From Caecitellus pseudoparvulus (Eukaryota > Protista > Bigyra: Bicosoecida), in NCBI GenBank assembly GCA_965644315.1, contig CBFFRQ010000079.1, forward strand, positions 186,001 to 250,000: 64,000 nucleotides of DNA. Direction: 5' to 3'. A model generated the notes under the pieces. The model saw only the letters and a list, made by a program, of their open reading frames with translations. It did no database searches and had not been told where the DNA came from. Position numbers and translations under genes: made by a program. Below are positions 33,100-44,038 of this stretch, in pieces. The first letter of the stretch is position 1. The number at the start of each line of letters is the position of its first letter.

Positions 33100-35330
33100 T
33101 CACTGCTTGCGCAGAGCCTGCACTGCCTGGATAGCGGAGAGCAGGCGGGGGTAGTTGGGGGTGCCCATGCCAGTTACGGGATCCCACCCTGCGGTAGCTT
33201 TGAAGCCAGTGCTGCAGCAGCGGGAGCCGGACTGGGTGCACACGTTGCTACCTTGCGTCACATCCGAGAAGGCGCCCGCATCGTGGGCCCATGCAGCGTA
33301 CAAGGTCGGGTTGGCAAAGCCGAGCTTGGAGCCTCCGCTGGACAGCAGGGCAGAGTTCAGGGAGCTGATGACGCCAGCAAAGACAGGGCAGGAAGCAGAC
33401 GTCCCATCAACGATTTGGGTCTCCCCGGCAGCCTCGATGTAGTACTGGTGGCCCAGTGCAGAGACGTCTGGATACCCGCGGCCTCCAGCGTTGAAGTAGC
33501 GCGGGGAAGGAGCAACTCCAATCTGCGTCAGGAACCCGTGGACTGCACTGTCCTGGTAGCTGGGGCGAGAGAAGACATCAGAGAAGCCACCCCCAGAAGT
33601 GATCGCTGCGCCAGTCGCGGTGGAGCAGACCATTTCCTCCCCGCGCCCTGCGCAGGAGAAGAGGCTTTGGCAGATGGGTCCAGAGCCGCCCTCCAGCGCA
33701 CCTGCCATGAGCTGTGTGGCACCCACGGCAGTGACGTATGGGGAGGACGCTGGGAAAGCTGGACGGACACGGGGTGAGCTGCAACCCAAGTCTGAGCGAC
33801 CATGGGCGCCGGCATCACCAGAGGAAGCCATGATGGAAATGCCGGCGGCACCCAGCTTCTGGAAGTCCAGGTTCACGGCGTTGAGGAAGGCCTTGGCGCC
33901 ACCAGATTGGCAAGGAGCCGCGCCAGGGGAGATTTGGCATTGCTGCTGCTCGTACCAGCCGACTGACATGGACAGCACATCGATGCCGTAGGCGCTGTTG
34001 GCAATCATGTCCTGGGTCATCTCGTACAGCCAACCAGCGCTGGTGTAGTAGTAGTTGGTGGCGCCGGCCCCGATGGCCCCCAGGTACTGCACGTCCAAGC
34101 TGGACTCCAGCTGGGGGTTGTTGGGGTTGAAGTGGCCAATGTTGCGGGTGACGGTGTAGGCAGGTGCGCCGACGTTTGCCTGGAATGTGCGCAGGTCGGA
34201 TCGACTGTACGAATCGGCGTTCTCGAACTCCACAGCGGACTGCGTCATGCCCTGTGCGCTGGCTTGGCCCAGCTGGTACATGTTCTGCAGCGTGCTGGGA
34301 ATGACCACCAGGCTGGAGGCATCCGAGCTGCTGCTCGTCGCTTGTGTGCGTCGAAGGGATGCGTGCATGGAGTTGTTCATGGGCAGCATGGTCAGGCCAG
34401 AGATGAAGTCAATTTGGCCTGCAAAGGGGAGAGTGAGGCGGAGGTGTGCCTTGCCCTGCCTGGTGCTGCCATGGACACAAGCAAGGGTGCGCTGGGCTCG
34501 CAGAGGGAACCGGCAGGTTGCTCCAGGGCGGGACAGGGCGCAGAACAGCGCCACCTCCCGCGCTGGGGCAATCCACACCACACATGCTCTCACCAATCAT
34601 GTGGTTGGGAAGGGAATAGTTCCCCTCCAAGCGATGTGCCAGCACGCCGGCCTGCACGTGCTTGTATGCAAACAGGGTGCCATTCAGCGCCGTTTCCACG
34701 TCGCGGCTCTTGGCGGAGCACTTCAAGCTGTTTGTCGTGAGGTTCGCGCAGCGAGCAAACTTGGACAGCCATGTCGTAACGTTCTTGTAAATACCAGGGG
34801 CAGTTGCTGTGAGGTTGTTGAGCTTGTCGAGACTCCAGAACTTGCCGTACATCTCGCTGCGAGGAGGGCGGGGGCGTGTGTCGCGGTGCTCGTGTGGCGG
34901 AGGAAGCGGGAGGTGCGGTTCTGTCACCCAAGCATCTCGTCGAACCTGGCCAGCCCTGGGGCTCAGTCCACGGCACGACCAGGCGCGCTCCCTGCCATAC
35001 ACCAGAAGAAAAGAAGTGCAGTACTCACTGTCCTGGTGTTGAGACATTCCAGAAGAGGTCGTTCAGGATGGACGTGTTGCTGAGAGGCATGGCCACAGTG
35101 AAGTTCAGGATCGTGTCGTGGGGAGTTCGGTCAGCGCGCAGCCAGCCCTGGGGCGTGTGCACAGCTGGTCCAGACGCAACATTGATGCCATGAGTCGAGT
35201 TGCTTGCCGCAGTGGCGTTGAATCCTGGCGTGGATCGGTGCACTGCTGTGCCAGGGGCGCTAGCTCGCAAGGTTGCAGCGCTTGCGAGGCCAACAGCTCC
35301 GAGGAGCAGCAAGCCTGACGCGAGCTTCAT
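33100..35330 (-). CDS. TPP1: Secreted/lysosomal sedolisin (S53) tripeptidyl-peptidase I-like protease
   Basis: Signal MKLASGLLLLGAVGLASA; pro-domain VSTPGH|EMYGKF; catalytic motifs ESSLDVQY, SSGDAG, FPASSPYVTAVGAT, SGGGFS, RGYPDVSA, GTSASCP, GWDPVTGMGTP. Introns at 35028-34857 and 34593-34419. Confidence 0.95.
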
Positions 35331-35960
35331 GGTGCGCAAAGGTAGTCTTTGTCTCAATGAACTGGAGCTTGTCAGCGTCCGGTTCAAAGCTGGGCTCTGC
35401 GAGACGTGGTCAAGTAGTGACTTGTGTATTTGTTGCAGGTCGCCGTGTGCCAAAGTGGCGTCGGTCCCTCATACCACCCCCCTGAACCCCCCTTACCCCC
35501 CCTCACACTGAAAGACTTCGTTCTTTGCGTCCAGCTGCCAGTGTGTTGCGCCAGATTCTGGCTCTGCACACTAGTCGCAAGGCTGGTTCATGGGTATGCG
35601 TTGCGACGCAGCAGCGTTGGCCCGGCTGCAAGGTGTGCAAACGTGCCAGGGCTCGAGTCCAAGCCTTCTAGGTCAGCCAGCACAGTTGCATATGTGCTTG
35701 ACAAACTTTCGCTTGAGCTCAAAGGTGCAGCGCTGTGGGCTTTGCCGCGCTTGAGCATGTGCGAGCGAGGGGGGGCCATGTCGCCAGCAGCGCCGTGCAG
35801 CGGCCTCCAGCACTCAGTCGCGCTCGGCACATTCCGCTGACCGGAGAGTGTCAGGCCGTGGAAATACTTGCCATAAACTCTGCAGAGGGTACTACGTGTT
35901 CAGGCCGGCCCACCCCTCCCGGCTTTCACTCAAGGCGTCCATCCACCGTTTGGTGCAGTG

Positions 35961-35973
35961 GTCAATTTCCGCA
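35961..35973. promoter_or_regulatory. Candidate cis-element GTCAATTTCCGCA (representative copy of a recurring motif)
   Basis: The same 12-mer occurs at 59414. Near-matches occur at 45398, 26344 (reverse), 25047 (reverse), 17038 and 21669, all close to gene 5' ends. Confidence 0.45.
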
Positions 35974-36058
35974 CTGGCCGCCAAACCAGCCGACGGCGCT
36001 CGTGTTCGCGGATCTCAGAACTTCCATTCAGGCCTGAGTGAGGAGCAAGTACAGGAAC

Positions 36059-38524
36059 ATGACGTCCAGCGCCGCAGAAGTGGAGGCAGTGCTGGCTGCG
36101 GCTGAGGCCATGGGGTTCGGCGCGGACGGCGACTTCGGCTCTTTCCATGAGCCGCCGAGGCGGTCTACACGCCGCCGTCGCACCCCTAGCATGGCCAGCG
36201 AAGCAGAAGCAGCGGCAAAGAAGAGCCGGACAGAAACAACAGCGTCTAGTGCCCCTGCAAGCGCCCCGTCCACGGCCGCAGCCTTGCCGCCTGTGCCAAG
36301 CAGCGCTGCGGCTCAACCGCCGACGTCCAAGTGGGCTGATGACCCCCGCTTGGAGGACGGGGAGCGCATTGAGCGCTTCAAGGCGCGAGTGCTGGAGCTG
36401 AGCACGGAGAACGCGAGGCTCCGCGACATCGTCGCCAGCCTCACTAACCACCAGGTGTCTGTGGATGACCTGCTGAAGGAAGGGGCAGCGGGGCCCTCTG
36501 GCCCAAACGTCGCCTTGGGGGCTGCCCCCACTGGGCAGCCAGCAGCTGTGACGGCGCTGCAAGCTGCCATTAAGCGCCAGAAGCTCCACTTGGACGAGCG
36601 GGGGGGCACCTTCAGCCGCCGTGCCGCGACGACCTCCGCTGGGCGAAGCCAGCGCAGTGGCGCTCCCAAGCGCGGCGGCTCCAGCAAGCGTGTGCGCAGC
36701 GCTGTCTCGTCAGGCCTGGTGCTGCCGCCCGGCACTGAGCCCCTGGACTTCACAGTGGTGCCGCAAGGCGCCGCGGTCGTCGTGCTGCCCAAGATCAAGT
36801 CCGGACGCCCCCGCCTTGAGGAGATCTCGGGGTCCAACACCGTCGTGCGCTGTGGCCGGCGCGTGTCCACTCGCTTCGGATTCCACGGCGTCAGCATGGA
36901 CCGCCGCACGGGCGTGTTCTCAGGGTTCATCGGCCTGCCCCAGGGCCACCCTTCAGCGCCCGCGGCCAAGGGCCGCCCAGTGCGCTGTGGTACGGCCATG
37001 ACTCCCTTCATCGCCGCACTACGCCGGGAGGTGTGGGCTGTGAATGTCTTCCGCATGACCCCCGAGACCAACCCGGAATTCCTGTGGAACTTCGCAGAGG
37101 CGCAGCGGGGGTGGATTGACTCGGAGAACGCCATCTTCAAGGGGCCCGACCCCGACCTGCTGCCCACTGACTTCAACGATGCAGAGAATGTGCCGACAAA
37201 CCTGGCCCCCCCACCAGCTCCTGAGCCAGGGCAGGCTCCCCCCACGACTATCCCCCGCCCCAAGCACCGTAAGCTGAGCCAGAAGCAGCGCAGTAAGCAG
37301 GCACCTAAGGACGTGGAGGCCTTCTTCGAGGGTGCTGTGCCAGGGGACGAGGGTGGGGAGGAGGAGGAGGAGGGCGACCTGGGCGACCTGGAGGGCATGG
37401 ACTTCGACCTGGGAGACCTGGAGGAGTTGCACGACGAGGAAGACATCGCTGACATCGAGGCAGTGGCAGAGCAGGCGGCAGCCGACTTCGTTGCCGAGTA
37501 CCGCGCTGGGCAGGCAGGGGAGGAAGGGTACGACTTTGCCAAGGTGGCAGCTGCAGGGCTCGAAGTCGTGCAGCAAGACCGCGCAGCCAGGGCTGAGGGC
37601 GCCCAGGACGAGGCGTGGGTCGCGCTGGCAGAGGGTGACGGGGGCTCCACTGCCCGCAGGAGGCGCCGGCGCAAGTACGTGCGGCGGGCAGTGCACCACA
37701 TGCTGGGCGGCCCGGCAGCTGTGGGCCCTGTGGGGGTCGTGCCCAAGGGTGTCGATGCGGGTGCACAAGGGCCCAAGTTCTGGCGACATGCCTGCCGCTC
37801 CAACACTGGCTACTATGGCGTGTACCGCATGGAAGCGTCTGACCCCCCCTTCCGATCCCGCATGAAGGTGAGCAGGATGACGGCCCGGGAGCACCGGGAG
37901 ACGACGGCGTTCCGGGCTGCCTTGGCTCGCGAGGTGGAGGCCTTGGAACCAGAGTCCCAGCCATACACGTGCCGAACGAAGAAGTTCCGCTGGAACTTCC
38001 CTCAGTACCAGTGGGTTGACTACACCACTCGGGAGGATGAGTGGCGCTGGATCGGCCCGCTGCCAGATCAACTGCCCAGCGATGTCACGGAGGAGACGCT
38101 GGACTTGTTCTGGGGCCCCGAGCAGACAGCAGAGGCGCGCCGGACGCGCCCCTTTGGCTCACTGAACCCAGAAAAGTGGCCCTCCTTCTGCAAGGCGCGG
38201 ACGCGTCCCCAGCGCAAGCGGGGGGCTCAAGCTGCCGAGGCCACCGAAGAGGAAGCTGGTGACGAGGAGGAGGCTGGTGGTGACGGAGATGATGCAACAG
38301 AGACTGCGTCAGCTTCCGCGCCTGGCTCCCCAGGTGGAGAGGAAGCTGGCGGCGAGCCCACCGCCGGCACAGGTGCAGCTGCAGCAGAGCCTGCCTCGAG
38401 CAGCACCTCAGCGCGGCGGGCACGTGCAGACACCCTCGATTTGGACATGGAGAGTGCGCTGGCTGCACTGGAGGATGCCGCAGTTCAAGCGCCTGCCCCA
38501 GCGCAGCCTTCGGAGGGACAGTGA
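36059..38524 (+). CDS. Putative DNA-binding protein with a coiled coil and two divergent AP2-like domains
   Basis: First ATG at 36059 in ORF 36038-38524. Zipper-like segment IERFKARVLELSTENARLRDIVASL. Two repeats of G[FY]xGV...FxAALxRE...WNF, separated by an acidic linker and an RRRRRRK NLS-like run. Confidence 0.7.
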   Translation: MTSSAAEVEAVLAAAEAMGFGADGDFGSFHEPPRRSTRRRRTPSMASEAEAAAKKSRTETTASSAPASAPSTAAALPPVPSSAAAQPPTSKWADDPRLEDGERIERFKARVLELSTENARLRDIVASLTNHQVSVDDLLKEGAAGPSGPNVALGAAPTGQPAAVTALQAAIKRQKLHLDERGGTFSRRAATTSAGRSQRSGAPKRGGSSKRVRSAVSSGLVLPPGTEPLDFTVVPQGAAVVVLPKIKSGRPRLEEISGSNTVVRCGRRVSTRFGFHGVSMDRRTGVFSGFIGLPQGHPSAPAAKGRPVRCGTAMTPFIAALRREVWAVNVFRMTPETNPEFLWNFAEAQRGWIDSENAIFKGPDPDLLPTDFNDAENVPTNLAPPPAPEPGQAPPTTIPRPKHRKLSQKQRSKQAPKDVEAFFEGAVPGDEGGEEEEEGDLGDLEGMDFDLGDLEELHDEEDIADIEAVAEQAAADFVAEYRAGQAGEEGYDFAKVAAAGLEVVQQDRAARAEGAQDEAWVALAEGDGGSTARRRRRRKYVRRAVHHMLGGPAAVGPVGVVPKGVDAGAQGPKFWRHACRSNTGYYGVYRMEASDPPFRSRMKVSRMTAREHRETTAFRAALAREVEALEPESQPYTCRTKKFRWNFPQYQWVDYTTREDEWRWIGPLPDQLPSDVTEETLDLFWGPEQTAEARRTRPFGSLNPEKWPSFCKARTRPQRKRGAQAAEATEEEAGDEEEAGGDGDDATETASASAPGSPGGEEAGGEPTAGTGAAAAEPASSSTSARRARADTLDLDMESALAALEDAAVQAPAPAQPSEGQ

Positions 38525-38563
38525 AGATGTGCTGCACCTGTGTGTGCATTGTTGTTGTCCGCG

Positions 38564-41500
38564 TCAGAATCCGCCCAGGAGGTCAAAATCGCCGTAGATG
38601 GGCTCCTCCCCCAATTCAGCTGTCTTGGCCTCTTCCTCCTCCCGCAGGCGGGCACGGGTAGCAGCCTCGCGAACCAGGTCGGCCTCACTCTTACCCAGCG
38701 TCCCCGTGGCACTGCCCGGTAGGTCCTGGTGCTGCGTGATGGTGGGCGCCGGGGCGGCAGAAGCTGCTGCAGAGGCGCTAGCCTCCTCGCCAGAACCAGA
38801 AGCGCCTTGGGCGTCTTGCTCGATGCGAACCCCGATCTTGAGGCCCGCTTCCCGTGGACGGTAGGGCGCCGTGTACGTCCCCGAGATCCGCGACTGGGTG
38901 CGCGGCACATAAGTGTAGCCGGCGTGGGGGTTGATGGCCGCCATCTCCGCCTCCGACAGCGCCTTCAAGGGGACGGATGTGTCTTGGAGCAGCAGCAAGT
39001 GGCCATCGCGCACGTACTTGGTCTTCAAACTGAAGGTGCTCGAGGCGTCTGAACACTTCTTGAAGAGCAAGTTGCGCACGTGGAACAGCTCAACTTTCCC
39101 GCCAGCGTTCAAAATCCACGAGACATTCTCTGGCTTCGCAATGCCGGCCAGGCGCGCAGCCTCCTCAACTGCATCTTTCACAGGAGTTCCCATGAGGAAG
39201 CGCATTTCACGCGGGGTTGTCAGCTTGTACCTGGCTCGGTCGAACCAAGCCACGACAACAACCACGTCATCTTCATCCGCACATGATGCTCCGGATGTGA
39301 TTGAAGAATATGTCACTGGAGCTGGTGCTGGAGCTGGCGCAGGCGCCGTGTCGCCTGCAGCGGCTGCTGCTTCGCTCTCGGCAACAGCTGCGATTGCCTC
39401 GGCTTCCTCGCGCTTGGCCTTGCCAGTCATGTGCTTCTCTGGTGAAGGGAGCAGTTCCACGCAAAACTCCTGGTTCTCCCAGACATGGGCCACGGTGTCC
39501 TTGATGCGAGAGCCATCTGGAAAGATGCGGGTGCAGCGCAAAGTCGGCCGCTGGCGAATGCGGAGGTGGGCTGGTGTGGTCTCTGGCCCTGCCTTGCCAA
39601 GCTCAATGAGCCGCTGGACGACACGGGCCTTCACAGTGCTCACTGATTCCTCCTTGGACAGCGGGAGTGTGGCAAACTGCTCGATGGACACGTCTTCCAG
39701 ACCGTTGTACGGAGATGGATCGGCCGCCCAAGCCTTGGCAATGGCAGCTTCCTTCTCTGCCTCCTCCGCCGCATCCTCAGCTTCCTTCCCATCTGCACCG
39801 GCGCCTGCATCCCCAGTGGCGTCCTCAGACCCCGCCTCCCCATCCTTTTCACCAGCAGCGTCTTCTGACGTTTCCTCGGTGACGGCCTGCCCCTCGCTTG
39901 CTTCGGCACCAGCAGCGCCTCCCTGCTTATCCACACTTTCTTCAGCTGCGGGCACATCTTCTGTCGGCGCTCCGCTGCGTGGTGGCGGTGGCGGCTTCGA
40001 AGCTGCTGCAAGCTCTTCGGGGGACAGGGGTTTGGGAGCCCACCCGCCGTGGGAGCGCCAGCCGCGAAGGTGCTCAGGAACACTCTCATCGTCCTCCTCC
40101 GGGGAGCTGGCTGCCTCTGTCACCCAGCTGGTGCCTGCCGGAAAAGGGCCCTTGTACAGAGAGAACTTGGCCTTCACCTGTCCAGGCTGCATGCGCTCGC
40201 CTGTTTGCAGACGAACCAGGGTCCCATCTTGGAAGTACATGTCGTCAAGTGCGACCTTGTCGTCGCGCATGGAGATGCCCGAGAGGCTGTGAGGGTGCAC
40301 CTTTTCAAGCAACAAATGGTCGGTGTTGGTGCCTGCAAGGCTTGCCAGCCTCTCGCGAAGCTGTCCAACTGTAGCCCGGGAGTCCATGAGGAACTGCCCA
40401 GCCACTTCTTTGCTGTCCAGCTTGCTGTACTTGACCTTGACTTGGAATGCACGGCGCTTGTACAGCGCGACGGCAGGAGACTGAGCTTCGGTGATGGCGA
40501 TCATTCCCTCCTTCAAACCGGGGGTGCCAGCATTGCCAATGGCTGGCACTGCGAGCACTGCCTCCCGCGACTCGGACACCCATGTCTGTGACTTGGTCAC
40601 AGATGTTTTCGATTCATCAGGTTCTTCATCTGCTTGGAAAGGGTCGAAAGCGTCGGTTGCGAGGGCGGTCACATCTTCGACGAACAACTCGCTGGACCCG
40701 TGGACGTAGAATCCCGCTGTCAGCTGCCACTCGTCCCCGACCAAGGCGCGGATAGTGAAGGTTTTGCTGGTGCGAGTCCCATAGTGGCTCATCTTGATGA
40801 TGCGCTGGTTCTCCGCTGGCACGCCGCAAGCTGCATGCCGTTCCAGTCTGCGCTTAAGCTCGGCAAGGGAGTGTGTGCGGCGCACGGACACTTGGAATGG
40901 CTCAGAAAAGTCCTGTGTGTCAGGGTTGTACATGGAAACTTTGACATGGATGCCTGACGGGTCGTACTCCTCAAAACTAGCATCGGGCTGCCGCACCTCC
41001 AGTCCAAGGGTTTGGTGTGAGTACCAGTTGACCTCATTGACTGTCTTGGTCAGCTTGTCCCCGTCGAAGGGCGCCGCCATGAGCTTTGAATGGGTTCGAT
41101 ACTCCCGCAAACGGACACAGTCCAAGGGCACATCTTCGGCGGCAGGGGAGGTACCTGGCGCCGTGGATGGCTCAGCGGCGTCTGCGCTGGGCGGGTCACT
41201 CGCGCTGCCCTCTTGCTTGGTAGCTTCTTCCATCGTGCCTCCCTCACTTGTTTCCCCGCTTTTGTCTGCCGTTTCTTCCCCTGTTGCTTTGGAGTAGCCG
41301 AACAGCTCCCACACGCGCTTCGTGACCTCTTGAACGGTCATTGTGCGCTCAATAGGCACTTTTAGCTCCTGCTCTCCACGCACGACGATAATTGTGATGG
41401 TATTCGCAGCTCGCTGTCGCTCAAGGTCTGCCTCCAGCTCCGCAGCTAGCTGATGCTGCACAGCACTGCGCACCATCTCAGGGACATCGTCCGCCGAGGG

Positions 41501-43396
41501 GAAGGTGGCCGCACGGCCCGTCAGCAAATCGAACCTGGACACGGAAAACGCAGATGCAGCCGCTCTGGCCTTCTGTGCGACTGCAGGTGCTTGAGTCTCA
41601 GCTTCTGCATCGCTGGAAACTGTTGCAGCTCCGCTTTCGCGCCCTTCGCCAGGAACGCTAGCAGCGCCTCCCCCCTCGACATCACCACCAGCCTGCTCAG
41701 TCGACTCAGACGCAGCTGCATCCTGCGGCGCCTCGTCGAGGTCTGGCATGTGCTCCGCAGGCAGTGGCACCTTGTCAAACGTCATCCGCCGGTACATGAG
41801 CATGTATGCGTTGGTGGAGGACGTGTAGGACACGGACGAGTACGAGGTGGAGCCCCCGTAGGCCTCCACGACCCGTGCCATGGTGATGTCCGTGACGCTG
41901 CTGTCATTGAAATTGCGCCACTGCCCACTCTCCAGGTCCTTGATATACACAAAGTAGTGCCCGCCACTGGCGCCGCCACTGTGCACCAGCACTGCGTACA
42001 GCTCATACACAAAGGGGCCATGCTCCACCGCCATGGCCTCAGCGCGCTTCTTGAAGTCCTCATAGCTCTCATCGCTGCGCGGGGTCGCCACTGCCGTTGC
42101 ACCAGCCGTTGCCATGGCAGCTGTCCCCGCGCCAACCTCGGCTTCCTCCTTCCCCGCCCCGCTGGAAGGTGCGGCTTCGACATCTGTCCCAGCAGTGTCG
42201 GCACTGGAGGCAGCCGCAGCGTTCGAATCGGAGCTCGCTGCGGTAGAGGCGGTTGGGGCCGCCGCAGCCACCGCTGTGCCGGCTGGCGCAGCTGCCGCTG
42301 CCTCCGGCTGGCCCGCAGCACCCTCATCAGTGCTGGGTGGCTGTTCAGGTGCACGCTCAGTGCCCACCCACAGGTTCATGTTGAGAAGGGAGGGAAAGGA
42401 GACTTTGTCATTCAGCTTCACACGGGCAAGGGTCGGGGAGCTGTAGTCCAAGTCGAAGCGCTTCAGCTGCAGGGTGAGCAGGTACGGTGGCCGGGCAATC
42501 TTCAATCCCTTCACAACTGGCACTCGGGCGCCGCCCAGCTCTTCAAACTCCACAGAGTTCTTGCCACAGATGAGCTCAGGGGTGATGAACCGCGCAAGGG
42601 ACTCTTCAATGCTGCCGATGGCCTTGCTGGCACCAAAGGGCTTGATGACGAGGGACAGGTCCATGAAGGGGTCGTCACGTTGCCGCTCCACTTGCACCGT
42701 ACTGAGCCCCCCCTTGACAAACTCTGTGTCACCCTCCTCGCTCGGTTTAGGGAGCTCTTCTCCAAAGCGCTCAAAGTCTGCTTCAGTTGCTGTCCGGATG
42801 TAGTCGGTGAAGGTGCCTTTGAACAGGTCGTTCACTGCTGTGGGGGTTGGGTGGCCAGAAGCACGCAGGGAGCGCTCCAGGGCATCCAGCAGCACCCGCA
42901 TGAGTTCCTGCACATCATGTTGTTGAAACGACTGAGCAGAGGTCCACTGAAAGGACTTTGTAAGCGCCCGGGTCGACACGGAGGTGCTCCGGGTCAGCTG
43001 CAGCATGCCGAAGAGCTTCTGCAGCTGCAGAGGGATGCAGTCCTCTTCCTGTCCTTCCACCTCCCTGTCGTACACCCACGAATAGATGAGGCGGCGAAAC
43101 TCAGGGGTCATGAACAGCGTTTGCAGGAGCGAATTCATGTAGCAGGTGGCGCCCTGATTTCCAAGGCCAGCGAAACCACGGCCACTGGTCGTGGCAGGAG
43201 CCGCAGCGCCCTCTTGGGACTTCTGGTCTTCGGAGTCATCCGGGCGAACGTATGCTGGGGCTTCCTTTTCTTCCCCTGCAGAGTGAGGGCCAATGGAGTC
43301 GTCAGAGCAGGCGGGTGCACAGCGTGGAGCGGGACCACCTTGCGCACCTTGCGTGCGCACACCATCAGGCTCCACCTTGCTGCCAGTCAGGGACAT
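38564..43396 (-). CDS. USP47: Ubiquitin C-terminal hydrolase, USP47-like
   Basis: Cys box GLGNQGATCYMNSLLQTLFMTPEFR; LTKSFQW..QQHDVQEL; LTLQLKRFD; His box YELYAVLVHSGGASGGHY; FNDSSV; NAYMLMYR; multiple UBL-like segments; C-terminal REAGLKI. The start ATG is uncertain. Confidence 0.88.
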   Translation of the reverse strand: MSLTGSKVEPDGVRTQGAQGGPAPRCAPACSDDSIGPHSAGEEKEAPAYVRPDDSEDQKSQEGAAAPATTSGRGFAGLGNQGATCYMNSLLQTLFMTPEFRRLIYSWVYDREVEGQEEDCIPLQLQKLFGMLQLTRSTSVSTRALTKSFQWTSAQSFQQHDVQELMRVLLDALERSLRASGHPTPTAVNDLFKGTFTDYIRTATEADFERFGEELPKPSEEGDTEFVKGGLSTVQVERQRDDPFMDLSLVIKPFGASKAIGSIEESLARFITPELICGKNSVEFEELGGARVPVVKGLKIARPPYLLTLQLKRFDLDYSSPTLARVKLNDKVSFPSLLNMNLWVGTERAPEQPPSTDEGAAGQPEAAAAAPAGTAVAAAAPTASTAASSDSNAAAASSADTAGTDVEAAPSSGAGKEEAEVGAGTAAMATAGATAVATPRSDESYEDFKKRAEAMAVEHGPFVYELYAVLVHSGGASGGHYFVYIKDLESGQWRNFNDSSVTDITMARVVEAYGGSTSYSSVSYTSSTNAYMLMYRRMTFDKVPLPAEHMPDLDEAPQDAAASESTEQAGGDVEGGGAASVPGEGRESGAATVSSDAEAETQAPAVAQKARAAASAFSVSRFDLLTGRAATFPSADDVPEMVRSAVQHQLAAELEADLERQRAANTITIIVVRGEQELKVPIERTMTVQEVTKRVWELFGYSKATGEETADKSGETSEGGTMEEATKQEGSASDPPSADAAEPSTAPGTSPAAEDVPLDCVRLREYRTHSKLMAAPFDGDKLTKTVNEVNWYSHQTLGLEVRQPDASFEEYDPSGIHVKVSMYNPDTQDFSEPFQVSVRRTHSLAELKRRLERHAACGVPAENQRIIKMSHYGTRTSKTFTIRALVGDEWQLTAGFYVHGSSELFVEDVTALATDAFDPFQADEEPDESKTSVTKSQTWVSESREAVLAVPAIGNAGTPGLKEGMIAITEAQSPAVALYKRRAFQVKVKYSKLDSKEVAGQFLMDSRATVGQLRERLASLAGTNTDHLLLEKVHPHSLSGISMRDDKVALDDMYFQDGTLVRLQTGERMQPGQVKAKFSLYKGPFPAGTSWVTEAASSPEEDDESVPEHLRGWRSHGGWAPKPLSPEELAAASKPPPPPRSGAPTEDVPAAEESVDKQGGAAGAEASEGQAVTEETSEDAAGEKDGEAGSEDATGDAGAGADGKEAEDAAEEAEKEAAIAKAWAADPSPYNGLEDVSIEQFATLPLSKEESVSTVKARVVQRLIELGKAGPETTPAHLRIRQRPTLRCTRIFPDGSRIKDTVAHVWENQEFCVELLPSPEKHMTGKAKREEAEAIAAVAESEAAAAAGDTAPAPAPAPAPVTYSSITSGASCADEDDVVVVVAWFDRARYKLTTPREMRFLMGTPVKDAVEEAARLAGIAKPENVSWILNAGGKVELFHVRNLLFKKCSDASSTFSLKTKYVRDGHLLLLQDTSVPLKALSEAEMAAINPHAGYTYVPRTQSRISGTYTAPYRPREAGLKIGVRIEQDAQGASGSGEEASASAAASAAPAPTITQHQDLPGSATGTLGKSEADLVREAATRARLREEEEAKTAELGEEPIYGDFDLLGGF

Positions 43397-44038
43397 GGCC
43401 AAGTCCACAGCACTGCGAGGCGCTGACAAGTCACCTGTGAACACACACGGGGCAAAACATGGGCGGCGTCGGCGCAGAGGGCACACAACAGTCGCATTGG
43501 CGTGGTTCGAGGGAGTTGGCGTGGTGGCAGCACATAACCGTACCAGCACCGGCAAGGTCTCCAGCGAATCCTCTGGACGCATCACGCCGAGCCTCGCTGG
43601 AGACCGGGTCTGACAACATTCCATCAAGCAGGTGATGAGCCATGGTGCCTAGTTACCCCAAGTTTGCACTTGTCGCTGCAGGGCTGAATGCTGGCGGCTG
43701 CGGAGCGAGTACAGGTGCGAAGAGCGCAGGCACGCGCCGACGGGAAAGCAAATGCACTGCGAGGCACACTGGATGCTTGTGTCACAAGTCTAGCACAAGA
43801 CTGCCTTGTGCTAGTGGGGGCTGGTTGCGGAGTTTGTGGATGTGATGGGAAGTGTACGTGCTACGGTCTGCTGGCAGCTTGAGGCAGAGCATTCATTGCT
43901 GCTCCTGGCCTTCAGCGGTGCACTTCACGAGCCCTTCACGCCCCGCAGGAAGCGCAGAAAGGCAGGGCTTCGGTTCCCAGGTTTCAAGCTGGGCTCCACT
44001 GCCCCGTGGGTGGCCGTCGGGCACTGTGTGCCTTCAGC

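Noticed and set aside
41453-43426. 657-aa plus-strand ORF and similar long antisense ORFs (e.g. 36313-37806, 38931-40292, 2351-3751, 62423-63649)
   Set aside because: They are shadow ORFs opposite well-supported genes, expected at high GC, and have no recognisable motifs.
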